Assembly (NCBI GenBank): GCA_963664325.2
Contig: CAXXDQ010000003.1
Coordinates: forward strand, 704,001 to 768,000
DNA length: 64,000 bases
Reading direction: 5' to 3'
DNA from: Desulfomonilia bacterium
GTDB lineage: Bacteria; Desulfobacterota; Desulfomonilia; UBA1062
This document shows positions 37,656 to 47,358 of this stretch, in pieces. How positions within the stretch are numbered: the first letter of the stretch is position 1; each line of letters begins with the position of its first letter. The notes below the pieces were generated by a model. That model made no database searches, had not been told where the DNA came from, and saw nothing but the letters and a program-made list of their open reading frames with translations. The translations under genes and the position numbers were made by a program.

Positions 37656-38369
37656 ATGGTGGACTGGGATATTATTTTAGAAACTTATCCGGATGACAGG
37701 GAAGGAATTCTCTCGGCAAAAACACTTTATGAAAACATAAATTATGTCTGTAAAAATTTCGAACTCCCGGCAATTAATATTGTAAGGATTTCTGAAGGTG
37801 ATTTCCAGCAGCTCGTGCCTGTTCTGGCCGAGATCTGCAAGACTACATGGAAGACTCACTTTAATACAATGCCTGCTTTTGACATGGTATCCGCCTCTGA
37901 CGCATTTATCTGGGGAGGGAGCATCAATGTGCCTGAAGCGGATGCTCCGGTAATCGATATCCTTCTCAATAATGCGCTGAGAGCAGTTTTGAGAAAGCTA
38001 AGAGGTTCTTTTTCTGAGACTAAAAAACCGGAAACAGATACAGGCAGATGCGCATTCTGCGGTACACATGCCCGCATTGCCTTTGATGAAGAATCTCAGA
38101 GAGTTCTGCACTGCCCGCTTTGCGGATTTTCATGGAGATTCCCGAGGTTTAGATGCACTTATTGCGGAAACTCCGAACACGAGAAACTTGGCTTTTTCGA
38201 AGCCGATGATATTGATGGCGTAAGGGTGTATTTCTGCAGGGAATGCGGCCATTATATCAAGGCCGTTGATGCGAAGGATAAAATTTCACCGGATGCTGAA
38301 ACAATGGATGCCCTGACGCTGGAATTTGATGAGCTTGCAAAGGAAGAGGGTTTTACCCAGGTTCCTTGA
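37656..38369 (+). CDS. fdhE: FdhE-like accessory protein
   Basis: Four CxxC motifs (CAFC, CPLC, CTYC, CREC), R.L.C..C…W, YIK. Confidence 0.8.
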   Translation: MVDWDIILETYPDDREGILSAKTLYENINYVCKNFELPAINIVRISEGDFQQLVPVLAEICKTTWKTHFNTMPAFDMVSASDAFIWGGSINVPEADAPVIDILLNNALRAVLRKLRGSFSETKKPETDTGRCAFCGTHARIAFDEESQRVLHCPLCGFSWRFPRFRCTYCGNSEHEKLGFFEADDIDGVRVYFCRECGHYIKAVDAKDKISPDAETMDALTLEFDELAKEEGFTQVP

Positions 38370-38456
38370 TCGAATGCATCTTGTCGGCGCACTAAGCAAA
38401 TTTTTAAAATATAAAATCTTCACAAGATATGATGAAACTTTAATTTAGGGGCCGTC

Positions 38457-39362
38457 ATGATATTTAGCACTCCCGGAAAAGTAACCGACCGAATAACACT
38501 TTTAGGCCGCAGGGAATCATGCGTCTATCTTCTTGACGGTAGGACGGAGTATGCGATTCTCGGCGGAGGAATGACTTATATCGTTCCTGACGTTCAAAGC
38601 CAGATTGCTAATACAGGTACTTACGAAAAGTCGATAAGCCGTCTGGTGATCCATCACTCGCACTTCGATCATGTAGGCATTGTTCCGTATTTTAAAAAGC
38701 GATGGCCGTGGGTTAGTATAACGGCTTCAGCCAGAGGAGCCGTTCAGCTTGCCAAGCCTGCTGTTATAGATGCGATAAAAGGTATTAATCGTATGGTGCT
38801 TTCGAACAACGGTCTGGCAGATAGGGCAGATGAACTGGGATTGGATTTCGATACAATACCTGTTGATGACATGCCGGACGAGGGTGAAACCAGAAGAATC
38901 GGAGACCTGACACTTGAATTCATGATGGTGCCCGGCCACAGCACATGCTCGATGGCTGTTTATGTCCCCGAGTTAAAAGCCCTCTTTGCCTCTGATGCAG
39001 GCGGCATTCCTTTCGGGGGACTGGTTTTTGCAGCTGCAAACTCGAACTTTGATCTGTATCAGGCAAGCCTTGTTAAAATGGCTGGATACGATGTGGATTT
39101 TCATGGTGCAGAACATTACGGGGCTTTTACAGGCGAGGATGCGAGGTCATTTATCCCCAAATCGATTGAGGCGGCATTTGAGACCCGGAAGATGATAGAA
39201 GATTCATTGAAAAAAACAAACAGCGCGTCAGTGACTTCCAATGAAATAACCGACTGGATCGCGGCAAATGCAGGAAAATATTTCCTGCCGAGGGATGTTC
39301 TGAAAATGGTTGTTGACCAGATGACAGGCTGGCTTGCCAGGAGCATGAACATACAATCATAA
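38457..39362 (+). CDS. MBL-fold metallo-hydrolase
   Basis: HSHFDH, PGHS, SDA and downstream H ligands. Confidence 0.88.
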   Translation: MIFSTPGKVTDRITLLGRRESCVYLLDGRTEYAILGGGMTYIVPDVQSQIANTGTYEKSISRLVIHHSHFDHVGIVPYFKKRWPWVSITASARGAVQLAKPAVIDAIKGINRMVLSNNGLADRADELGLDFDTIPVDDMPDEGETRRIGDLTLEFMMVPGHSTCSMAVYVPELKALFASDAGGIPFGGLVFAAANSNFDLYQASLVKMAGYDVDFHGAEHYGAFTGEDARSFIPKSIEAAFETRKMIEDSLKKTNSASVTSNEITDWIAANAGKYFLPRDVLKMVVDQMTGWLARSMNIQS

Positions 39363-39376
39363 GTGGAGGCTGATCA

Positions 39377-40396
39377 ATGAAAGACATCCTGATGACTATT
39401 GAAAGGCATATAATAGAAGAGCAGAGGCTTTACGGAGGAACAGGGGATTTCAGTTCGGTGTTGACCCAGATAGTCCTGGCTGCCAAGGTGGTTTCCGCAC
39501 AGGTTTCGCAGGCGGGGCTTGCAGAAAATATTCTTGGTTCTGCTGGAGCGAAGAATATAACTGGCGACGAACAGCAGAAGCTCGATGTATTTGCCGACAG
39601 GGCTTTTATAAATGCCCTCAGTTATATAGGCAAGGTTTGCGTCATGGCGTCAGAGGAAGATGATGATGTGGTGCTTATTCCTGACGGTTATCCCAAAGGT
39701 GAATATGTGGTGATGTTCGACCCCCTTGACGGATCATCAAATATCGACGTGAATGTTTCTATCGGGACCATTTTTTCGATCTATAAAAGGATTACGGATG
39801 GAGGCGACGGAACGCTCGAGGATTGCCTGCAGCCTGGATACAGGCAGTTTGGTGCAGGCTACGTGGTTTATTCAAGCTCAACGGTGATGGTCTATTCGAC
39901 TGGCAACGGGGTGAACGGCTTTACACTTGATCCTAGCGTCGGTGAATTCATTCTCTCGCATCCCGATATCAAGATTCCCGACCGGGGCAAGATATACAGC
40001 GTAAATGAGTCCTATTACAATTACTGGAAAAAAGGCACGAAGGCATATATCGACCATGTCAAAACGGATAAAACTCATATAAAAAAGCCATACTCAGCAA
40101 GATATATAGGATCTCTTGTTGCGGACTTTCACAGGAATCTTCTGAAGGGCGGCATATTCCTTTATCCGGAGGACAGTCTTGATCCGAAAAAACCAAGCGG
40201 TAAACTCAGGCTTCTTTATGAGGCAAACCCTCTGGCATTTATAGCCGAGCAGGCAGGCGGCTATGCAAGCACAGGATATGAGCGTATCCTTGATATCATA
40301 CCGGCAGAAATTCATCAGAGAGTGCCGCTGATTATAGGTTCAAAAGAAGATGTTAAGGAATACGAAGAATTTGCAAAACAAAACAGTATGGGGTAA
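39377..40396 (+). CDS. fbp: Fructose-1,6-bisphosphatase class I
   Basis: QQKLDV, SEE, FDPLDGSSNIDVN, RYIGSLVADFHRNL, GKLRLLYEANP. Confidence 0.97.
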   Translation: MKDILMTIERHIIEEQRLYGGTGDFSSVLTQIVLAAKVVSAQVSQAGLAENILGSAGAKNITGDEQQKLDVFADRAFINALSYIGKVCVMASEEDDDVVLIPDGYPKGEYVVMFDPLDGSSNIDVNVSIGTIFSIYKRITDGGDGTLEDCLQPGYRQFGAGYVVYSSSTVMVYSTGNGVNGFTLDPSVGEFILSHPDIKIPDRGKIYSVNESYYNYWKKGTKAYIDHVKTDKTHIKKPYSARYIGSLVADFHRNLLKGGIFLYPEDSLDPKKPSGKLRLLYEANPLAFIAEQAGGYASTGYERILDIIPAEIHQRVPLIIGSKEDVKEYEEFAKQNSMG

Positions 40397-40428
40397 TCGC
40401 AGAAAATCATAAAAAATGGAGGATCAAA

Positions 40429-41697
40429 ATGAGCTATAAATCTGATTATGTAAAAGCTCTTAAGATCGGCAGACCGCCGAATGTCACAAAACTTTTTCCG
40501 TATTCGAAGGCTCTTCTCGTGAGCGGCAAGGTAATCGACCGCGCGATGAGGGCGAAAGGCCATGCAATGACGATTGCAGCCAATGGCAGAAGCACGATGG
40601 TCATACGCGGAACACTCAAGGCGGCCCAGAAAGCCAATGCAGCCGTCATAATCGAGATAGCGAAATCAGAAAGCAATTACTGCCATGTCGGGCTGTGGAA
40701 TATCGCCAGGTATGTGGATTCCTTCTGCAACGAACTTGGAATAACAGTCCCGGTTGCCGTACATGCAGATCACTTTGGGATTACGAGCGCTGCCGAGCTT
40801 GAAAAGGCGAAGACCGATATACCGTCCATATTCGATGAGGGCATTACATCGATTGCAATCGACGCCTCGCACATGCCTGAAGATGAAAACCTTCTTGCAA
40901 ACATCGAAATCAGCAAATACATACCGTCGTGGGCCGGATATGAGACCGAGGTCGGCGAAATCAAGGGCGCATCAGGACTTTCAACACCGGAAGAGGCCCT
41001 GTTCCTGATTCAGGGATTGAATGCCCATAAAATTTATCCAGATTGGATTGCCTTGAACAACGGCACAACACACGGGATTGAGGAAAGCGATGCGGGAATA
41101 CAGGTCGAACTGACCGCCAAGATTCACAAGGCGCTTGAAAAATACGGTGTATCCGGGGCGCAGCACGGCACATCGGGCAACAGCAACGTCAGGCTAAAGA
41201 AGATTGCCGCTGAAACTCATACTACAAAGGCGAATGTGGCAACCGCCCTGCAGATGCTTTCCTGGGGTGTAAAGGTGAATGAATTCGGTAATGCCATTCT
41301 GGATGCCGAAAAGAACCTGCTCAAGGTCGAATGCACAGGCATGGATGACAAGCTGTGGGCTGAAATGGTTGCATACGCAAAAGACAAAGGCCTCAAGGCC
41401 GATGGTTTTAAAAAGCTCAATCTCCCGTTTGAAAACAAGATACTTGCACAGACCTCAGAAGTCAGGGAACGCATGGAAAAGGCTGTGGAAGACTTTGTTT
41501 ATGAGCTGCTTACCAGCGTCTTTAATGCAAAAGACACTGCACCCCTTGCAGTTGATGCAATTCTCAAGGCGGGTTCTTATGACCTGGGCCCCAAAGGGAC
41601 TCCTGTCGATAAAGCCTCAGATTGGACGGTAGAAAAGATCAGGGCGAAAGCGAAAGAAAAAACAGACGATGGCCCGGCGGGGAAATACGACGACTGA
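40429..41697 (+). CDS. fba: Class II fructose-bisphosphate aldolase
   Basis: VHADH, IDASH, ETEVGEI, GTTHG, QHGTSG, KANVAT; follows fbp. Confidence 0.88.
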   Translation: MSYKSDYVKALKIGRPPNVTKLFPYSKALLVSGKVIDRAMRAKGHAMTIAANGRSTMVIRGTLKAAQKANAAVIIEIAKSESNYCHVGLWNIARYVDSFCNELGITVPVAVHADHFGITSAAELEKAKTDIPSIFDEGITSIAIDASHMPEDENLLANIEISKYIPSWAGYETEVGEIKGASGLSTPEEALFLIQGLNAHKIYPDWIALNNGTTHGIEESDAGIQVELTAKIHKALEKYGVSGAQHGTSGNSNVRLKKIAAETHTTKANVATALQMLSWGVKVNEFGNAILDAEKNLLKVECTGMDDKLWAEMVAYAKDKGLKADGFKKLNLPFENKILAQTSEVRERMEKAVEDFVYELLTSVFNAKDTAPLAVDAILKAGSYDLGPKGTPVDKASDWTVEKIRAKAKEKTDDGPAGKYDD

Positions 41698-41729
41698 CGG
41701 CTGCCAGAGTAAATCAGATGAATAAAAGC

Positions 41730-41754
41730 AAGGCCATGATCAGCTCATGGCCTT
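41730..41754. terminator. Bidirectional intrinsic terminator
   Basis: AAGGCCATGA-TCAGC-TCATGGCCTT followed by T residues, between convergent fba and GH31 genes. Confidence 0.8.
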
Positions 41755-41756
41755 TT

Positions 41757-44027
41757 TCATGAAATCGTAATTGATGCTGAAGAAGCGGAATTAAGCTCTG
41801 CAGTTATTGATAGAGTGCTTGCAATATCATCATAAAAAACTTTTTGAATAGTGCATCCATCAGCTTCGACCCTGCAGGAAGAAGCGTCATAACAGTGAAA
41901 AACGAAGGTGATATTTCTTTTCAGGGGCTGAGCGGAGAAAGTCCCTGTGGACGGGTCAACAGCAACAGACACACCTGAACCGGTTCCATTTCTGATTGAA
42001 ATTTTCTGCTTGGACGATTCACCCCTCTGATAGGCAAGGGTCGAACAGTCGTCTTCATATAAAACAGCATCACCATCAAAGGGTGGGAAGGTATGTATTT
42101 CAATCTCATCAAACCTGTGGCCATCCGGTATGAATTGAAGCAACTTGCCCATGATTACAGGTTTGCCTCCCCGGCTGAACAGCGGCAGGTGTCCGTCATC
42201 CACGGGCACATCAAGCCATCCCGGTCCTTCAAACCTTTTGCCGTCCCAGAATGAATACCACAGACCTTTAGGAAAATAGGCCTTGATTGAATTCACACCG
42301 GATTCCAGAACTGGAGCCATCATAAGGGAATCTCCGATCATGAGCTGCTGCCATATTGGTCTTGTATGCGGATCATCAGGGAATTCCAGATAAAGCGGCC
42401 TTATAATCGGGATGCCGGTATCGTGGGCCTCTCGGGCAAGTTTGTAGTAATAAGGCAGCAGGCGCATTTTCAAATCCATATGCCTCCTGAAGTTTTCTTC
42501 GCACGCTTTATCTATTCCCCAGGGATTCCTGTTCGGGTCGTGGGGGCAGGAAAAATATCTCGACAACGGGCTGAAAATTGTGAATTGGGAATACCTGCGG
42601 TGAAGCTCGGCTGACGGCGATTTGTATAGGGAAAGAACATCCGCGCCCCAGTAGGCATATCCCAGAAGGCTCATGTTGAGGCCGCATCTCATTGTTGCGG
42701 CAATATGTTTGAATTCCGGTGTCTGGTCGCCCAGGAATATTCCGGGAAAGCGCTGTGTACCGGCCCAGTTTGTCCTTGAAAAGACCAGAGCCCTTCTGTC
42801 GCCATGGTATTCCTGGCACCTCTCGAAAAGCGCCTTTGTATAATAGAAACAGTAAATATTGTGATATTCCTCGTCATCAAGCCCGATTGAGGATTTCGAA
42901 CCCTTCGGGAGATATTCCGCACCGTCGTTCTTGAAGAAATAGACACCCTGATCAAGCAGGGGTTTCTGCTGGTCAAACCACCAGTCGCAGGCCTCGTCGT
43001 TTGTGAAATCAACGGCGCCGCCCCTGCCCAGCCACCAGGTCACATTGTCATGCGCAAAATAGCCTTTCTTAAGGCCAGCATTGTAATTATCTGTTGCATA
43101 GTCCTTTGACAGCAATGGGACACCGTCAGGGGCGTTTTTGACATAAATCCTTACCAGCAGCTTATATAATGGGTATGAATCCCTGTTTATGTAAGGGGTG
43201 TAGATAAGACCGGTCTTTATTCCTTCTTCTTTCATCAGGCCAAGCATCTTCTCAGGTTCAGGGAAAATGGACTTACGCCATTTGAAATCGGAAAAGGCCT
43301 CCTGCCAATGGTAGTCAAAGATAACAGCATCGAGCGGAATTTGCTTTTTTCTGTGCTCGCGTATGCGGGTGAGGGTTTCCTTCTGGTTTTCAACAGGGTA
43401 GGCGGTATTCCACAGTCCGAAGGCCCAGAGAGGCAAAAGCGGCGGTCTGCCTGTCAGTGCAGTATAGCTCGTAATTATCTCCTTGAAATCTGAGCCTGTT
43501 ATGACAAAAAAATCCAGCTTGCCGCCCGAAAACCTGGCTGAAAGTCTTCCATCGGGCTTGTTGATTTTCACCTTTGACTTATGGGCGTTTAAAATGAATA
43601 TCATATAGCCGCGGTCGCTTAAAAAACACGGGAATGCGGAATAGGTCTGTTTGTGCTGAAGGAAAGCCGGCGATTCGAGGTTGTGAATGGTGAGTTCGCC
43701 GCTTGTCCTTCTGAATCCGTTAAACCATTCTCCGAAACCGTAAAATCCCTCATCTTCACATGTACTGATATTAAAAGAAAGCATGGCCGGGTCTGTAAGG
43801 ATTTCAAGGATTTTATTTTTAAAACTTAATTTCAGCTGTCCTTTATTTCTGTCATATGAAATTCCTGAAAAGAATGTCGATGAGATGTCTTCGTGATAAT
43901 CATTAGGCAAAAGCACATCCTTGACAAAAGGTGCTTCACTGAAATCATTGTCATTCGAAACAGTGATCCGGGCGATATTCTTCCCGATAAAATGAAACTT
44001 TGATCCGGAAGGTGCGTTTTCAGACAT
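41757..44027 (-). CDS. Glycoside hydrolase family 31 (alpha-glycosidase), no signal peptide
   Basis: YGFGE, LTGRPPLLPLWAFG, IPLDAVIFD.W, FKNDGAE nucleophile, GDQ acid/base, LLPYYY, PIIRPL; start ATG 44027 behind GGGAG. Confidence 0.92.
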   Translation of the reverse strand: MSENAPSGSKFHFIGKNIARITVSNDNDFSEAPFVKDVLLPNDYHEDISSTFFSGISYDRNKGQLKLSFKNKILEILTDPAMLSFNISTCEDEGFYGFGEWFNGFRRTSGELTIHNLESPAFLQHKQTYSAFPCFLSDRGYMIFILNAHKSKVKINKPDGRLSARFSGGKLDFFVITGSDFKEIITSYTALTGRPPLLPLWAFGLWNTAYPVENQKETLTRIREHRKKQIPLDAVIFDYHWQEAFSDFKWRKSIFPEPEKMLGLMKEEGIKTGLIYTPYINRDSYPLYKLLVRIYVKNAPDGVPLLSKDYATDNYNAGLKKGYFAHDNVTWWLGRGGAVDFTNDEACDWWFDQQKPLLDQGVYFFKNDGAEYLPKGSKSSIGLDDEEYHNIYCFYYTKALFERCQEYHGDRRALVFSRTNWAGTQRFPGIFLGDQTPEFKHIAATMRCGLNMSLLGYAYWGADVLSLYKSPSAELHRRYSQFTIFSPLSRYFSCPHDPNRNPWGIDKACEENFRRHMDLKMRLLPYYYKLAREAHDTGIPIIRPLYLEFPDDPHTRPIWQQLMIGDSLMMAPVLESGVNSIKAYFPKGLWYSFWDGKRFEGPGWLDVPVDDGHLPLFSRGGKPVIMGKLLQFIPDGHRFDEIEIHTFPPFDGDAVLYEDDCSTLAYQRGESSKQKISIRNGTGSGVSVAVDPSTGTFSAQPLKRNITFVFHCYDASSCRVEADGCTIQKVFYDDIASTLSITAELNSASSASITIS

Positions 44028-44067
44028 CTCTAAACTCCCTTTATATATCGGTCGGCAGAAAAGCTTG

Positions 44068-45711
44068 TTATTCAAGAACAGCACCCATTGCCGCGGAACC
44101 TACCAATTTTACATATCTCTGCATATAGCCTTTCGGGATATGTTTTGTTGCGGGTATAAAACCGGCAAGCCTTGACGCCAGTTCCTTTTCCGTAAGATTT
44201 ACGGACAGCTTCCTGTTCGGAATGTCAATTATAATTTCATCTCCATTTCTAACTGCGGCAATAGGGCCGCCGGAAATTGCTTCAGGAGATACATGGCCTA
44301 TGCACGGGCCTGATGTCGCACCGGAAAACCGGCCGTCGGTGATCAGCCCAACGCGTTTGAAACCCGCCAGATCCAGCCCCATTGTCACTGCGAGCGTTTC
44401 AGGCATTCCGGGGCCGCCTTTCGGCCCTTCATACCTGATAAGGACAACCTCGCCCTCCCTGATATTTTTTTCCCGGATTGCCTTGAGGGCATCGGCTTCC
44501 GAATCAAAGACATGGGCAGGTCCGGTAAAGACAAGCATGTCCTTCGAAACCGCAGACTGCTTAACTATTGCCCCTTCAGGTGCGAGATTGCCGAACAGGG
44601 CGACGGTCCCGCCTTCATCAAGATAAGGAGACTCTTTGCTTCTTATTACAGAAGGGTTTTTGATTTCCGCGAAGGCGGTAATATCTCCTACTTTAAATCC
44701 TGCTGCTGTCATGCAGTCCAGATGCAGGTCATTAACAAGAGCTTTCATTACCCCGGGGATTCCGCCCGCGATAAACAGATCGATAATCCCATGCGGACCG
44801 TTAGGCGAAATGCTCAATAAGGTGGGAATTTTTTTGTTGAATTCATTGAACTTTGAAATCGGGAACTCTATTCCCAGTTCATTTGCAATTGCCGGAAGGT
44901 GAAGGGCCGAATTGGTTGAACCGCCTATGGCTAGATCAACCATGAGGGCATTTTCAATGGATTTTTCCGTTAGTATTTTTCCTGCAGACAAACCTTCATC
45001 AACCATTGCCACTATTCGCTTCCCTGAATTCCTTGCAGCAAGAAGCTTTCCCGAATGCCAGGCCGGTATGCTCGCAGTACCGGGCAGGCAAAGCCCAAAG
45101 GCTTCGATGAGAGACTGCATCGTGTTTGCTGTGCCCATCAGTTCGCAAGAACCGCATGTTGATGCGGTTGCACAGGAAAGCTTGTCAAGTAGGTCATCAT
45201 ATGACTTGTGGTCTATGCTGCCCCTGTTCGTATGCTTGAACCTTATTTCCCATGCATTCGGCCCTCCCGTTACAAATATTGATGGCACATCAAGCCTGGC
45301 GGCGGCCATTATCATACCGGGGATTATTTTATCGCAGCTTGCAATGAAAACTATCCCGTCATAACGCATGCTCCTGACATGGGTTTCTATGATGTCGGCA
45401 ATCAGGTCACGCTGGGCCAGGACGAATCTCATACCCTCATGGCCTTCGGTAATGCCGTCACATGGAGCCGGGACGTTGAATTCAAAAGGAATGCCTCCGG
45501 CTGCATGTACCCCTTCCTTCGCCCTTTGTGCCAGCAGGGATAAATGCATATGCCCTGGATTAATATCTGTTGCTGATGATGCTATTGCAATTACAGGTTT
45601 GTCTTTAAGCTCATCCATGTCACAGCCCGTACCCTGAAAGATGGATTTGCGGACCACGCTGATAGGAAAATCCATATCATCGAAAATCGGCGTGCTTTGC
45701 GGCTTTTTCAT
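44068..45711 (-). CDS. IlvD/Edd-family dehydratase (dihydroxy-acid or sugar-acid)
   Basis: PGHMHL, CDGI..GH.GM, CDKIIPG, GSC..MGTAN, GGSTN, YEGPKGGPGMPE, TDGRFSG, GHVSPEA; start ATG 45711 behind GGAGG. Confidence 0.92.
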   Translation of the reverse strand: MKKPQSTPIFDDMDFPISVVRKSIFQGTGCDMDELKDKPVIAIASSATDINPGHMHLSLLAQRAKEGVHAAGGIPFEFNVPAPCDGITEGHEGMRFVLAQRDLIADIIETHVRSMRYDGIVFIASCDKIIPGMIMAAARLDVPSIFVTGGPNAWEIRFKHTNRGSIDHKSYDDLLDKLSCATASTCGSCELMGTANTMQSLIEAFGLCLPGTASIPAWHSGKLLAARNSGKRIVAMVDEGLSAGKILTEKSIENALMVDLAIGGSTNSALHLPAIANELGIEFPISKFNEFNKKIPTLLSISPNGPHGIIDLFIAGGIPGVMKALVNDLHLDCMTAAGFKVGDITAFAEIKNPSVIRSKESPYLDEGGTVALFGNLAPEGAIVKQSAVSKDMLVFTGPAHVFDSEADALKAIREKNIREGEVVLIRYEGPKGGPGMPETLAVTMGLDLAGFKRVGLITDGRFSGATSGPCIGHVSPEAISGGPIAAVRNGDEIIIDIPNRKLSVNLTEKELASRLAGFIPATKHIPKGYMQRYVKLVGSAAMGAVLE

Positions 45712-46003
45712 CGGTTCCTCCAAAAGCGGAATAAATTATTTATGTTTAAGCAATATTCCCTGCCCTTATTTTGTCAAGGCATTCCAAAAAAATATTTTTA
45801 TAATTCTCTCAAGGTTCATAAATGAATTCTTTGATTTTCTAGGAGTAAAAAAGATCAGGAATAAGAATTGTGAAGATTTGTTTCCAGGGAGACAAACAGC
45901 AGTAATAATTGATTATGCCGCTTGCCGTTAATACGCGAGTATTGACGTATCCATAATATTATGGCATGAGGCTATCACTTCTTAAAACCAAAGGAATAAA
46001 ACC

Positions 46004-46198
46004 ATGGCAAGAGTAACGGTAGAAGATTGTCTAGAGAAATTAAACGACCGCTTTTCACTTGCAATAGCGGCTTCCAAACGAACAAAGCAGTTGATTAAAG
46101 GTGCAGAACCGCTGTGCAACAGGAAAGAGAACAGACAGGTAGTAACTTCTCTCAGGGAGATAGCTGAGGGGAGAATAGGTATTGTAAGGAAAGGATGA
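46004..46198 (+). CDS. rpoZ: RNA polymerase omega subunit
   Basis: [10 protein letters not shown]…RF.L…ASKR..QL…SLREIAEG. Confidence 0.96.
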   Translation: MARVTVEDCLEKLNDRFSLAIAASKRTKQLIKGAEPLCNRKENRQVVTSLREIAEGRIGIVRKG

Positions 46199-47301
46199 CA
46201 AAAAGGGATTACTACGAAATTCTCGGCGTTTCCAGATCTGCTTCCTCCGATGAAATAAAAAAGGTATACCGGCAGTCGGCCTTAAAATACCACCCGGACA
46301 GGAATCCCGGGGACAAGGATGCAGAAGAACGCTTCAAGGAGGCCGCCGAGGCCTACGAGGTTCTTCACGATCCTGAAAAGAGGCGCATCTATGACCAGTA
46401 TGGCCATGATGGCTTGACCGGGGCCGGTTTCCGCGGGTTCAACAATTTCGAAGAGATATTCGGAAGCTTCTCTGACCTGTTCGGTGAGATGTTCGGTTTC
46501 GGGTCATCGAGAAGGGGTGGCGGAAGAAGACCTGCAAGGGGTTCTGACTTAAAGAAACAGGTCTTAATATCGCTAAATGAAGCAGCCAAAGGGACCGAAC
46601 TTGAACTTGAGATTCCCAAGAATGAACCATGCGATGTCTGTGAAGGAAGCGGTGCGGAACCAGGAAGCAAGGCGCAGACCTGTACCGCATGCCATGGTAA
46701 AGGCCAAATCTACCGCTCGCAGGGTTTCTTTACCATAAGTTCCACATGCCCAAAATGCAGGGGTGAAGGTAAAATCATATCCAAGCCTTGCAAACCATGC
46801 AGGGGCACAGGAATCATTTCAAGGGCAAAAAAGCTTAAGGTCAAGATCCCTGCAGGTGTAGACAATGGCTCGACAATGCGTGTATCCGGTGAAGGGGATA
46901 TCGGTGAATACGGGGGTCCCCCGGGTGATCTTTATGTGGTTATCGAAGTAAAGACTCATGAACTTTTTGCCAGGCAGGGTGACGACCTTTATTTCGAACT
47001 GCCAGTTTCATTTACACATGCCGCACTTGGCTCCACAATGAAAGTCCCTACGCTCGATGGCGAACATGAAATAGAGATCAAGGCCGGAACACAGCCCGGA
47101 GACATATTAACCATAAGGGGAAAAGGCATAAAACATCTGCGGGGTTCCGGGTCGGGTGATCTTAAAATAATATTCAGAGTCATTATCCCTCAGAAGTTGA
47201 CGAAAGAACAGGCGGAACTTCTCAGACAGTTTGCAGGGACAATGCATGATGATACCGGCGAACTGGGCAAAGGCAAGAAAAAGTTCGGTCTGTTTGCTTG
47301 A
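46195..47301 (+). CDS. dnaJ: Chaperone DnaJ
   Basis: [11 protein letters not shown] motif, G/F region, four CxxCxGxG repeats. Confidence 0.97.
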   Translation: MTKRDYYEILGVSRSASSDEIKKVYRQSALKYHPDRNPGDKDAEERFKEAAEAYEVLHDPEKRRIYDQYGHDGLTGAGFRGFNNFEEIFGSFSDLFGEMFGFGSSRRGGGRRPARGSDLKKQVLISLNEAAKGTELELEIPKNEPCDVCEGSGAEPGSKAQTCTACHGKGQIYRSQGFFTISSTCPKCRGEGKIISKPCKPCRGTGIISRAKKLKVKIPAGVDNGSTMRVSGEGDIGEYGGPPGDLYVVIEVKTHELFARQGDDLYFELPVSFTHAALGSTMKVPTLDGEHEIEIKAGTQPGDILTIRGKGIKHLRGSGSGDLKIIFRVIIPQKLTKEQAELLRQFAGTMHDDTGELGKGKKKFGLFA

Positions 47302-47323
47302 CAGCCTGTTGAAAATATCCGTA

Positions 47324-47352
47324 TTGACTGATCATACTAGGAAACCTAAAGT
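47324..47352 (+). promoter_or_regulatory. Sigma70 promoter, probably producing a leaderless acyltransferase mRNA
   Basis: TTGACT-17 nt-TAAAGT; ATG 47359 starts 7 nt after the -10 box; no SD. Confidence 0.65.
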
Positions 47353-47358
47353 CTAAAC

